From assembly GCA_022823235.1 (NCBI GenBank), contig JAJDXO010000024.1, positions 10,280 through 74,279 of the forward strand: a DNA stretch of 64,000 nucleotides, given 5' to 3'. Both the position numbers and the translations under genes were made by a program. Each line of letters starts with the position of its first letter. Position 1 is the stretch's first letter. This document shows positions 28,554 through 38,134 of the stretch, piece after piece. This stretch comes from Rhodospirillales bacterium (GTDB taxonomy: Bacteria; Pseudomonadota; Alphaproteobacteria; Rhodospirillales; UBA2165). A model generated the notes under the pieces. That model searched no databases, was not told where the DNA came from, and worked only from the letters and a program-made list of their open reading frames with translations.

Positions 28554-30010
28554 TATTTTTGAAATGTTCCCGCGCCTTCGTGAACAAGTAGAACGGTGGA
28601 GATATCCGGCACCAGCGCCACCACCAGCCACACGAGCGACAGGGCGATGAAATAGGGTACGGTGTAGTACAGCAGTCGGAAGTAGGGGATGCCCGTGATG
28701 CCGCTGGCGACGTAGAGGTTCAGGCCGTAAGGCGGCGTAATGAAGCCGATCGCGTCGCCGATGAGGAATACCACGGCGAAATGGATCGGATCGATGCCAA
28801 ACTGCGCCGCGATCGGCGCCAGGATCGGCGCAAAGATGATGGTATTGGGCAGACTTTCCAGAATCGTGCCGGCCAGCAGCACGATCCCCATGCAGACGAA
28901 CAGCACCGCATAGTATCCGCCCATCCCGCCGACGAAGTCGGTGAAGAATTCCTTGGCACCCAGCAGCGTCAGAATTTGCTGCATTACGACCGAAATCGCG
29001 ATCAGCGGCGCCAGGACGCCGGTGATCTGGCCGGAGCGCATGATGAGGTCCGGCAGTTCGCGGAATGAAAAGCCGGGGATCACGACCCGCTCGAGATACC
29101 CGGTGCTGTCGGAATACTGCTCGGCCGCCAGATTGCCCATGCCGGCCCGGTCGGCGCCGGACAGGACCGCCGCCTCTTCCTGCTCGATCTGTTCCCGGGT
29201 GGCCACCTTGTTCCGGTGCACATAACGGTAGATGGGATAGAAGATCAGGCCGACGATCGTGCAGAAGCCCGCGGTGACGCCGGCCGCCTCGGTCGGCGAG
29301 AATTTTCCGGAATAGATGCCCCAGATCACCAGGAGGATGGCGCCGAACCCGATCCAGGCGCCGATCGCCGTCTTGACGATGCGCCGGAGGTCGATCGAGA
29401 TCAGGTCTCCCCAGCCGTTGAGCTGGCAGATCAACCAGCAGACGAACTGCATGGCGACGATCATCATCACGCCGGGCAGCAGGCCGCCGATGAACAGGTC
29501 GGAAATCGACAGGTTCATCAGGAAGCCATAGACGATGAAGATGATCGACGGTGGGATGATGATGCCGACCGTGCCGCCGGCGGCGATCGTGGAGGCGGCG
29601 AAATTCCGGTCGTAGCCGCCCTTGGTCATCTCCGGATGCATGATCGACCCGATGGTGGCGGTGGTTGCCGAATTCGATCCGGAAATCGCCGCGAACAGGC
29701 CGCACGCGCCCAGAGATGCCATGCCGAGGCCGCCGCGCAGCCAGCCGAGAATCGAGTAGGCGACCTCGGAAAGCCGTTTGGCGATGCCGGCGCCCTTGAT
29801 CAGGTCGCCGGTCAGGATGAACAGGGGCAGCGCCAGCAGGCCGAAGAAATTCAATCCCTCGAACAGGGTCACGCCCAGATTGGCGAGAGTGAAGTCGATC
29901 ACGAGGCTGACGCCGATGACCCAGAAGCCGATGACCAGGAAGATCGGCACGCCCAGGACGAAGAAGACCGTGACGACGCCCGAGACCAGAAGAATCCAGA
30001 AAGTCTCCAT
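28553..30010 (-). CDS. TRAP large permease with a ~45-aa hydrophilic insertion (IseM-like)
   Basis: ALPLFILTG, GGTVGIIIPPS and ITPPYGLNL. Confidence 0.9.
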   Translation of the reverse strand: METFWILLVSGVVTVFFVLGVPIFLVIGFWVIGVSLVIDFTLANLGVTLFEGLNFFGLLALPLFILTGDLIKGAGIAKRLSEVAYSILGWLRGGLGMASLGACGLFAAISGSNSATTATIGSIMHPEMTKGGYDRNFAASTIAAGGTVGIIIPPSIIFIVYGFLMNLSISDLFIGGLLPGVMMIVAMQFVCWLICQLNGWGDLISIDLRRIVKTAIGAWIGFGAILLVIWGIYSGKFSPTEAAGVTAGFCTIVGLIFYPIYRYVHRNKVATREQIEQEEAAVLSGADRAGMGNLAAEQYSDSTGYLERVVIPGFSFRELPDLIMRSGQITGVLAPLIAISVVMQQILTLLGAKEFFTDFVGGMGGYYAVLFVCMGIVLLAGTILESLPNTIIFAPILAPIAAQFGIDPIHFAVVFLIGDAIGFITPPYGLNLYVASGITGIPYFRLLYYTVPYFIALSLVWLVVALVPDISTVLLVHEGAGTFQK

Positions 30011-30019
30011 CGCCGCCCC

Positions 30020-30538
30020 CTAATCGCCGAGCATGCTGGTCTGGACCTTCAGCGGCCGGCCGTTCCGGTAGTCGGAAATGTCTTTCGCGACATTCTGCAG
30101 AACCCGGAAGATCAGCAGGGCGAAGGCGAGCGGCGTCGCGATGTAGAACCACCACTGCAAGACATTGTCGGTGCCCTGGACAATGGCGAAATTATCCCGG
30201 GACAGCAGGACCTGCTGGGCCGTGTAGTAGATGACGATGACGGAGAAGACGATCCACAGAAGGCCGTCCAGCAGCAGGCAGAGCAGCTGTCCGCGCTGGG
30301 ACAGCTTGGTGCGGAGTTCGTCGAAGCTGAGATGGGCGCGAATCCGCACGTTATAGGCGCAGGCGATCCAGACGACCCAGAGAAACAGATAGATCGGGAT
30401 GGTCGATGACCAGGCTACCTGCTCGTTCAGCAGGAACCGGCGGATGACCTCGACGAAGATGATCCCGGCCATGAACACATAGGCGACCAGGATGATGATG
30501 CGCTCAATGTTGGAATCGACCCATCGCAAGAGTTGCAT
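30020..30538 (-). CDS. TRAP small permease (IseL-like)
   Basis: EVIRRFLLN, four hydrophobic segments, position within the TRAP operon. Confidence 0.88.
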   Translation of the reverse strand: MQLLRWVDSNIERIIILVAYVFMAGIIFVEVIRRFLLNEQVAWSSTIPIYLFLWVVWIACAYNVRIRAHLSFDELRTKLSQRGQLLCLLLDGLLWIVFSVIVIYYTAQQVLLSRDNFAIVQGTDNVLQWWFYIATPLAFALLIFRVLQNVAKDISDYRNGRPLKVQTSMLGD

Positions 30539-30686
30539 CGCCGTTCCCCCCGTGTTTCCCCCGTGTTGCGCCGCGCCGGCCCCGGCCGGCCGCTACAGAA
30601 TGCCGATCATGCCGGTTGCCGGTGCGGATGTCCATTCCCCAAGCCGCCGCGAACCCGCCGGCCGGACCCGATAAAGGGAACGGGAA

Positions 30687-30712
30687 ACGGGCTCCGAAAA
30701 ACCGAAGCCCGT
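30687..30712 (-). terminator. Stem-loop after the SBP gene
   Basis: Minus-strand acgggcttcgg-tttt-tcggagcccgt forms an 11-bp stem with two G-U pairs. Confidence 0.45.
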
Positions 30713-30746
30713 CCCTTCGTCGTCAGCAGCCGTCACCGGCCGGATG

Positions 30747-31982
30747 CTAGCCTTTCCACCAGCGCCGCGGTTCGACATTCTCGGCCAAGGTGTCGGCCGG
30801 AATCTCGCGCGCGACGTCGTAGATATACTTGTAGGTGTCGAGGCCGCCGGACCAGCCGTTCAGCCGTTCGCGCCATTGTTCCCACGCCTTGGGCTGGAAT
30901 TCCGGCGAGCACATCTCCTCCGCCTCGCGCCGCGCCGCCTTGCTCAGCCAGGCAACCCGGACGTCGTTCTTGGCGAACAGCGTGTTGGGCAACTGCGGAT
31001 TGGAGAAGCCGACGGTGTTGACCAGCGAGGCCTCGTTGGCCGCCTGGACATGGACCTGCGTCAGAAAGGACGATTCCATCACCGCATCCTGCAGGTCGCC
31101 GCCCAGCTTGTCGAAGGTCTTGCTGCTCATTGCCGTATGTTCGGTGCCGCAGAAGAATTCCAGGTCAACGCACTGGGAAACCACCGGCGACATATTGGCG
31201 TAGGCCACGGCGGAGGGCCAGGTTTCGGCGCCGTCGACCAAGCCCTGTTTCAGGCCGTCGAGGGTTTCCGCCCAGGCGATCGGCGTCGGATTCAGCTTCA
31301 TCAGATTCATCGCGATCCGGCCCAGCTGCGTGCCCGTCACGCGGTTCTTCGTGCCGGCCAGGTCCTTTACGCTCTTGACCAGCGGCTTGTCCTTCCACTT
31401 CAGGCCGAGCTGAATGCCGCGCAGTTCCGCATGCGAGAACAGAAATTCTATGCCATGCCGCTTGCGCATGGGCTCGCGCAATACCTTCATGCTCTTGGGC
31501 GAGTACAGGAAGTAGTACTGCGCCGCGCGGGACGGGAACATGTAGGCGTAGTCCAGCACGTTCAGGTAGGGCGCGCCGCCGGCCGAGTTCTGCGTCGACG
31601 CGGCATAGATGTCGACGATGCCCTGCTGCGTCTTGGTCACGCAATTCAGCTGGCCGCAAATCTGGTTGGAGCCGATGAACTCAACCTGGATTTCGCCGTC
31701 GGTCCGTTCTTCCAGATCGTTGACGAATTGCAGGCACCCGGCTCGCTCGATCAGCAGATTGCGTTCGTTGAAGCCCGCTGCGCCGAATTTCAACTGGAAC
31801 CGCGCCTTCTTCTTGAAGCGCTTCTTGTAGGTCGAGTTCGCCGCCTCGGCGAGTTGCGGCACCGTGATTGCGCCGGTGAGCCCGGCAGCCGCGATCAATG
31901 TCGATGACAGGCCGAACTGCCCCGATATCCGCAGCACGTCGCGCCGCGAAACATTCTTCAGTTTTTCCGGAATCGATTGCAT
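30747..31982 (-). CDS. TRAP substrate-binding protein with a twin-arginine signal (IseK-like)
   Basis: SRRDVLR Tat motif; KNRVTG and GLVDGAETW; adjacent to a GMC dehydrogenase. Confidence 0.85.
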   Translation of the reverse strand: MQSIPEKLKNVSRRDVLRISGQFGLSSTLIAAAGLTGAITVPQLAEAANSTYKKRFKKKARFQLKFGAAGFNERNLLIERAGCLQFVNDLEERTDGEIQVEFIGSNQICGQLNCVTKTQQGIVDIYAASTQNSAGGAPYLNVLDYAYMFPSRAAQYYFLYSPKSMKVLREPMRKRHGIEFLFSHAELRGIQLGLKWKDKPLVKSVKDLAGTKNRVTGTQLGRIAMNLMKLNPTPIAWAETLDGLKQGLVDGAETWPSAVAYANMSPVVSQCVDLEFFCGTEHTAMSSKTFDKLGGDLQDAVMESSFLTQVHVQAANEASLVNTVGFSNPQLPNTLFAKNDVRVAWLSKAARREAEEMCSPEFQPKAWEQWRERLNGWSGGLDTYKYIYDVAREIPADTLAENVEPRRWWKG

Positions 31983-32149
31983 CAATGTGTCCTCCTGGTC
32001 CACCCGTTGGAAGCCGCCACACCCAATATTTTGACAAGATCGTCAAAATTTGAGACTGACATTCTCATTATTGACCCGTATTGTGTTTTCTACAAGCACT
32101 GAATGGTTATCGGGGCGATATTTTGATCGATGGGGGCGGGGAAGCAGGC

Positions 32150-33760
32150 ATGAACTACGATTATGTCATCGTCGGCGCCGGTTCGGCCGGTTGCGTGCTC
32201 GCCAACCGCCTGTCCGCCGACCCTTCGAAAAACGTACTGCTGCTCGAGGCCGGCGGCAAGGACAGCAACCCCTGGATCCATGTGCCGGTCGGCTATTTCA
32301 AGACGATGCACAATCCGAAGACCGACTGGTGCTTCAAGGCCGATCCCGATCCGGGCCTGAACGGGCGCAGCCTGGACTGGCCGCGCGGCAAGGTGCTCGG
32401 CGGATCGAGTTCGATCAACGGGCTGCTCTATATCCGCGGCCAGAAGGAGGATTACGATAACTGGCGCCAGATGGGTAACGACGGCTGGTCCTACGACGAC
32501 GTGCTGCCCTATTTCCGGCGCTCCGAGGACCAGGAGCGCGGCGCAGATGCGTTTCACGGCGAAGGCGGGCCGCTCGCCGTCTCGGACATGCGTTCCCGGC
32601 GCGACGTCTGCGAAGCTCTGATTGCCGCGGCGGAAGAACTCGGAATTCCGCGCAACGACGATTTCAACGGCGCCCTGCAGGAGGGCGCCGGCTATTTCCA
32701 GCTTACGGCGCGCGGCGGCAGACGTTGCTCGGCGGCAACCGCCTATCTGAAGCCGGTCCGCTCCCGCAGGAACCTGGAGGTCGTGACCGGTGCGCTGGCG
32801 GAGCGTCTACTTTTTGACGCGGCCGACCCGAGAACCGCTACCGGCGTCGCATACGCCGCCGGCGGCGAACGGCGGCAGGCGATGGTGCGCGCCGGCGGCG
32901 AGGTGATCCTCTCGTCCGGCGCGATAGGCTCGCCCCAGATTCTCCAGCTCTCCGGCATCGGTCCCGGTTCGGTCCTGAGCGCAGCCGGCGTCGCCGTCCG
33001 GCATGAACTGCCGGGCGTCGGAGAGAACCTGCAGGACCACCTCCAGATCCGCTCGGTGTATGAGGTCAACGTTCCGACGCTCAACGACGAAATCAACAAT
33101 CTGGTGCGCCGGGCAGCGATCGGGTTGCGCTATATCCTGACCCGGCGCGGGCCTATGGCGATGGGCGCCAGCCAGGTCTGCATCTTCTGCAAGACCCGGC
33201 CCGAACTGGCGACGCCCGACATCCAGTTCCATTTCCAGCCGCTCAGCGCCGACAAGCCGGGCCTGGAAATGCACCCGTTCTCCGGAGTGACCATGTCGGT
33301 CTGCCAACTCCGGCCGGAAAGCCGCGGCCGGATCGCCATCCGGTCGCCGGACCCGGCGGCGCATCCCTCTATTCAGCCCAACTATCTTTCGACGGAAACC
33401 GACCGGCGAACCGTCATCGACGGCCTCAGGGTCACCCGCCGGCTGGTTGAAACCCAGGCCATGTCAGGGTTCGTCCGGCGCGAGCATTTGCCCGGCCCGG
33501 ATGCGCAGACCGACGAGGAATTGCTCGACGCCGCGCGCAATATCTCCGAGACCATCTATCATCCGACCAGTAGCTGCCGCATGGGCAGGGATCCGATGGC
33601 CGTGGTCGATAACGAGTTCCGGGTCCACGGCGTCGGAGGCCTGCGCGTCGTGGACGCCTCGGCCATGCCGGCGATTACGTCAGGAAACACCAATTCCCCG
33701 ACCATCATGATGGCGGAAAAGGCGAGCGACCTGATCCTGGGCAGCGTACCGCAGGGTTAG
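32150..33760 (+). CDS. iseJ: GMC oxidoreductase, probably isethionate dehydrogenase
   Basis: GAGSAG, PRGKVLGGSSSING, GENLQDH, YHP and GNTNSP. The IseJ assignment rests on synteny with TRAP, IclR and xsc. Confidence 0.7.
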   Translation: MNYDYVIVGAGSAGCVLANRLSADPSKNVLLLEAGGKDSNPWIHVPVGYFKTMHNPKTDWCFKADPDPGLNGRSLDWPRGKVLGGSSSINGLLYIRGQKEDYDNWRQMGNDGWSYDDVLPYFRRSEDQERGADAFHGEGGPLAVSDMRSRRDVCEALIAAAEELGIPRNDDFNGALQEGAGYFQLTARGGRRCSAATAYLKPVRSRRNLEVVTGALAERLLFDAADPRTATGVAYAAGGERRQAMVRAGGEVILSSGAIGSPQILQLSGIGPGSVLSAAGVAVRHELPGVGENLQDHLQIRSVYEVNVPTLNDEINNLVRRAAIGLRYILTRRGPMAMGASQVCIFCKTRPELATPDIQFHFQPLSADKPGLEMHPFSGVTMSVCQLRPESRGRIAIRSPDPAAHPSIQPNYLSTETDRRTVIDGLRVTRRLVETQAMSGFVRREHLPGPDAQTDEELLDAARNISETIYHPTSSCRMGRDPMAVVDNEFRVHGVGGLRVVDASAMPAITSGNTNSPTIMMAEKASDLILGSVPQG

Positions 33761-33955
33761 CCCGTATTCCTCATTGGAGGGAGGCTCGGTAGGAGATGAG
33801 CCCGATAGTATTTCCGCACATCGGTCTGCGCCCAGCCCAAATTGTAAAATTTGTTAAAGCAAATCGTTATCTTTTATCGCTTTATGTTACGAAAACTAAT
33901 CGATAGCGTTGGACCCCAGTTCGAGGCCTTCAAGAGTCAGGATGAGGGGTTGGGC

Positions 33956-34684
33956 GTGACGGAAACCGACAAGAACATAGACGTCTCGGTCTGGCGCGGA
34001 GGACCGGACGGCGGAAGTTTCCAGCGGTTCGAAGTTCCTAAGCAAGACAACCAGACAATTCTTGATGTCGTCGCATGGATTCAACAAAACGACGACCCCA
34101 CTCTGTCCTACCGATTTGCCTGCCGGGTTGGAATGTGCGGGTCTTGCGCCATGATGGTAAATGGCAATCCGCGCTGGACCTGCCGGACTCACGTCAACAA
34201 GGTGCTCAAAAACGATCGCCTTGAAATCGCGCCCCTGCGCAACCTGCCGGTGATCAAGGATCTTGCGGCGGATATGGATCCGTTCTTCGACAAATGGCGC
34301 GAGGCGGGAGGTGTGTTTCACCCAACCAAGTCCCGTAACGACCCGGTCGAGGAGATCAGCCCCCTCGAAGAAGAGCGCCAGAACGCGAATGCGGGCATCG
34401 AGTGCATAAATTGCGGGGTCTGTTACGCGGCTTGCGATGTGGTGGCCGGGAACCCGGACTACTTGGGCCCCGCTGCGCTAAACCGCGCCTGGACCCTATT
34501 GAACGACACAAGGGATTGCGGGTCGCAGTCCATTTTGGCCGCCGTAAGTCGGGGGGGCGGCTGTCACAACTGCCATTCCATGGGCAACTGCGCACACCTT
34601 TGCCCAAATGAGTTAAGCCCGATGACATCTATCGCCGGCCTTAAACGTGTTACGGCGCTATCCTTTCTTAGGCCGGGCAACTGA
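33956..34684 (+). CDS. SdhB/FrdB-like iron-sulfur subunit
   Basis: CRVGMCGSC...C, CINCGVCYAAC and CHSMGNCAHLCP; GTG start with GAGGGG RBS. Confidence 0.88.
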   Translation: MTETDKNIDVSVWRGGPDGGSFQRFEVPKQDNQTILDVVAWIQQNDDPTLSYRFACRVGMCGSCAMMVNGNPRWTCRTHVNKVLKNDRLEIAPLRNLPVIKDLAADMDPFFDKWREAGGVFHPTKSRNDPVEEISPLEEERQNANAGIECINCGVCYAACDVVAGNPDYLGPAALNRAWTLLNDTRDCGSQSILAAVSRGGGCHNCHSMGNCAHLCPNELSPMTSIAGLKRVTALSFLRPGN

Positions 34685-34687
34685 GGC

Positions 34688-35029
34688 ATGCTCGATCTCA
34701 AGCTCTATTTGTTGCAGCGGCTTTCAGCGTTGGTGATGGCGCCCCTGGTGCTGGGGCACCTCGCGGTCATAATCGTTGCCGTGCAAAACGGCCTGACCTC
34801 CGAGGAAATTCTTTCCCGCACGCAAGGCAGCTTTTGGTGGGCGCTGCTCTACGGAACCTTCGTCGTGGCCGTCTCCGTCCATGCGGCAATTGGGTTGCGC
34901 GTGATCGTCTTCGAAACGCTGAAGTTGAAAGGCTTCGCACTAAATTCGCTGACCTGGGCAATCTTCCTGGGGCTTTTTTTTATGGGCGCGCGCGCCGTGT
35001 GGGCCGTCACGGCGGTAGGTGCAACATGA
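34688..35029 (+). CDS. SDH-like membrane anchor 1
   Basis: LQRLSA, three hydrophobic segments, HAAIGLR. Confidence 0.8.
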   Translation: MLDLKLYLLQRLSALVMAPLVLGHLAVIIVAVQNGLTSEEILSRTQGSFWWALLYGTFVVAVSVHAAIGLRVIVFETLKLKGFALNSLTWAIFLGLFFMGARAVWAVTAVGAT

Positions 35030-35367
35030 TCCGGCCGCACCGTTCCCATCCGCTCTGGCTGGCGTTCATTCTGCATCGGATATCGGGATTGGCGCTCGCG
35101 CTCTTCCTGCCGGTCCACTTCTGGGTATTGTCCTTGATGCTGACCGATAGGGAACGGCTGGACGGATTTCTTCTCCTCACCGAGAACGCGGTTGTAAAAT
35201 TGGCCGAACTCGGCCTCGTGTTTCTCCTCGCGGTACACATTTTCGGCGGACTGCGGCTATTGGCAATGGAGTTTTTGCCTTGGACATCGCGCCAGAAGAC
35301 CGCCGCCGCCGCGGCCATCGGCGTTTCGATACTGATTTCCGGAACATTCCTCCTTCAGGCGATATGA
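35026..35367 (+). CDS. SDH-like membrane anchor 2
   Basis: LHRISG and HIFGGLR; ATGA overlaps at both ends. Confidence 0.8.
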   Translation: MIRPHRSHPLWLAFILHRISGLALALFLPVHFWVLSLMLTDRERLDGFLLLTENAVVKLAELGLVFLLAVHIFGGLRLLAMEFLPWTSRQKTAAAAAIGVSILISGTFLLQAI

Positions 35368-37169
35368 AAATGCCGTTGAAAGCCGATATCGACCGACACG
35401 ACACCGATATTCTCATTCTCGGGACCGGAGGAGCGGGTCTGTTCGCGGCGCTCCATGCGCAAACATCGGCCCCTGCGGGCACGAAAATCACCATCGCGGT
35501 CAAGGGTCTGATCGGCAAATGCGGTTGCACCCGGATGGTGCAGGGCGGCTACAACGTTGCGCTGGGTCCGGGTGACTCGGTCGAGCGTCATTTCATGGAT
35601 ACGATCGTCGGCGGCAAGTGGCTGCCGAACCAAGACATGGCCTGGAGGCTGTGTGAGCAGGCGGTGATACGCGTGCAGGAATTGGAGAATGAGATCGGGT
35701 GCTATTTCGATCGTAAGGATGATGGCACGTTGGACCACAAGGCATTTGCGGGCCAGACTGCCGACCGCACCGTACACAAAGGCGATCTAACCGGGATTGA
35801 GATCATCAACCGGCTCATGGAGCAGGTTCTCGCGCGCCCGGTGGAGAAGTTGCAGGAACACCGGGCCATAGCGCTGATCCCGACCAAGGACCGATCGGCC
35901 GTGGCCGGCGTTCTATTTGTCGACATGCGGACCGGTCAGTTCCGATTTGTCCGGACCAAGACGGTCCTAATGGCCACGGGCGGCGGTCCGACCATGTACA
36001 AGTACCACACGCCGTCGGGCGACAAGACGATGGACGGGCTAGCGATGGCACTACGCATCGGTCTGCCTTTGCGGGATATGGAAATGGTGCAGTTCCATCC
36101 CACCGGTCTACTGGGTGGCGAGGGCACCAAGATGACCGGAACCGTGCTTGAGGAAGGGCTGCGCGGCGCCGGCGGACACCTGCTCAATGGTTCTGAGCAC
36201 CGTTTCATGTTCGACTATGACGACAAGGGCGAGCGGGCGACCCGTGATGTGGTCAGCCGGGGCATCTATTCGGAGATGCGCAAGAACAACTCCTCGCCCA
36301 ATGGCGGTGTTTTCATCTCCATGTCGCATCTTGGCGTCGAAAATGTACGGCAAGATTTCTCCGGCATGGTCAAGCGCTGTGCCGATTGCGGCTTTGATCT
36401 TGCGGGCAGCAAAGTAGAGGTCGTACCGACCGCGCATTATATGATGGGCGGCGTGGTGGTCGATCCCGATACTCGGACCGCGATGGAAGGGCTCTACGTC
36501 GCCGGGGAGGATGCGGGCGGCGCACACGGCTCCAACAGGTTGGGCGGCAACGGGGTCGCCAACTCCACCGTCTATGGCGGGGTCGCCGGCGATACAATGG
36601 GATTGGATGTCCGGAAAATGACGACACTGCGCGATCCTGATGAAGAGGTGCTGACCGCCGAAATGGTTAGGGCCGAACATCCATTTTCCAGACCGGAAAG
36701 TCATCCCCAACACCTTCGAACCAAGTTGCAGGACGCGATGTGGAACGATGTTGGCATCGTGCGCGGCGAAACTGGCTTGAAAAAAGGAATTACCCAAATT
36801 CAGGAAATCAGCGATGAACTCATGGAAACCGGCGTTGCAGGAGACAATTTAGCCTTTAACTTGTCTTGGCATGATTGGCTCAATTTGCGCAGTCTTTGCG
36901 ATATTTCCGAGGTGATAGCCAAAGCAGCACTCGCACGTGAGAATTCTCGTGGTGCCCACTATCGGGAGGATTTCCCTGATCAGGGAGATCTAGACACCTC
37001 GTATTTCACCATCGTCCAAAATGAGGGGGATATGCTGAACGTTTCGCGTGAACCGGTCGAGTTTTCCATTGTTCGCCCGGGCGAGACCGTATTGCCCGAG
37101 GGTGAACCGGAAACCCTAGTCGAAGCACCGTCGGGTCCGCCCGGACAACCGCAGGAGGCTGCACAATGA
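35364..37169 (+). CDS. SdhA/FrdA/NadB-family flavoprotein (non-canonical)
   Basis: GTGGAG, QFHPTG, TRDVVSR, AHYMMGG, HGSNRLGGN and ENSRGAHYRED. Confidence 0.88.
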   Translation: MKMPLKADIDRHDTDILILGTGGAGLFAALHAQTSAPAGTKITIAVKGLIGKCGCTRMVQGGYNVALGPGDSVERHFMDTIVGGKWLPNQDMAWRLCEQAVIRVQELENEIGCYFDRKDDGTLDHKAFAGQTADRTVHKGDLTGIEIINRLMEQVLARPVEKLQEHRAIALIPTKDRSAVAGVLFVDMRTGQFRFVRTKTVLMATGGGPTMYKYHTPSGDKTMDGLAMALRIGLPLRDMEMVQFHPTGLLGGEGTKMTGTVLEEGLRGAGGHLLNGSEHRFMFDYDDKGERATRDVVSRGIYSEMRKNNSSPNGGVFISMSHLGVENVRQDFSGMVKRCADCGFDLAGSKVEVVPTAHYMMGGVVVDPDTRTAMEGLYVAGEDAGGAHGSNRLGGNGVANSTVYGGVAGDTMGLDVRKMTTLRDPDEEVLTAEMVRAEHPFSRPESHPQHLRTKLQDAMWNDVGIVRGETGLKKGITQIQEISDELMETGVAGDNLAFNLSWHDWLNLRSLCDISEVIAKAALARENSRGAHYREDFPDQGDLDTSYFTIVQNEGDMLNVSREPVEFSIVRPGETVLPEGEPETLVEAPSGPPGQPQEAAQ

Positions 37170-38134
37170 TATCGATCGACCTCATTGAAAAGACGGCTGG
37201 GGTCCTGATGGACAAAGCCGCCGTTGAGATACCTCAAGACTATTTGGACGGGCTTAAGGCTGCCGCGAACACGGAGGAGGGCGATTTAGCCTCATTCGTC
37301 TTGCAGGCGATGCTGGAAAACTACGAGGTTGCAAAGGAGGATGGCCGCGCCATGTGCGGCGACACCGGCACGCCTCGTTGGTATGTGAAGATGAGCAATA
37401 CCGCACAGGTCGAGGGTGGTCCCATCGCTCTGGAAGCGGCGCTGCGGCGGGCAACGGCAAACCGAACTGTGGGATTGCCGCTACGCCCAAACCGGGTTCA
37501 CCCGTTATGGCGGACCGATCATGACAACAATGTCGGCATCGGTGCCCCAGAAATCGAATACGGCTTTGAGCCGACCCCCGAAGGCGAATGGATAGACCTG
37601 ACCACGGTCCACAAGGGTGGGCTATTTGGCACCGATTACCGGATGCTGTTCCCTTCGGATGGCATTGAGGGCATTAAACGTTTTTACCTCGACAGTCTGG
37701 TGGCATTTGGCAAACGTGGGCTCGCCTGCCAGCCGGCGATAATCGGCATCGGGCTCGGCGGCTGCAAGGACACCTGCATGGTGCTTGGCAAGCGCGCCGC
37801 TTGTCTGCGTACCGTCGGCTCACGCAATGCGGATCCCAAAATCGCCGAGCTTGAGGACGAAATGAAGGAGCTTGGCAACAGTATCGGCATGGGGGCCATG
37901 GGCTTCGTCGGCAAGCACATGGTAATCGATTGCAATATCGAAGTTGGCTATTGCCACACCGGCGGGATGCAAATGAGCGTGCACGCCTTTTGCCTGAGCT
38001 CGCGAAGGGCCGTGGCAAGGATATGGGCCGACGGCCAAATCGAATACCGCACCGATCCCGATTGGTTCACCGATTATCAGCGCAGGGAGACAGTGGAATG
38101 GGACGCCCCGCCAAGCCACGCGAAATCAGCCTGA
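37166..38134 (+). CDS. Fe-S hydro-lyase alpha subunit (class I fumarase / TtdA type)
   Basis: MCGDTG, ACQPAIIGIGLGG and YCH...CLSSRR. Confidence 0.85.
   Translation: MISIDLIEKTAGVLMDKAAVEIPQDYLDGLKAAANTEEGDLASFVLQAMLENYEVAKEDGRAMCGDTGTPRWYVKMSNTAQVEGGPIALEAALRRATANRTVGLPLRPNRVHPLWRTDHDNNVGIGAPEIEYGFEPTPEGEWIDLTTVHKGGLFGTDYRMLFPSDGIEGIKRFYLDSLVAFGKRGLACQPAIIGIGLGGCKDTCMVLGKRAACLRTVGSRNADPKIAELEDEMKELGNSIGMGAMGFVGKHMVIDCNIEVGYCHTGGMQMSVHAFCLSSRRAVARIWADGQIEYRTDPDWFTDYQRRETVEWDAPPSHAKSA

Noticed and set aside
27744-30155. 803-aa minus-strand ORF
   Set aside because: Only the last ~270 aa is IclR; the rest is an alternative frame over dctM/dctQ with Arg/Gly/Pro-rich shadow composition.
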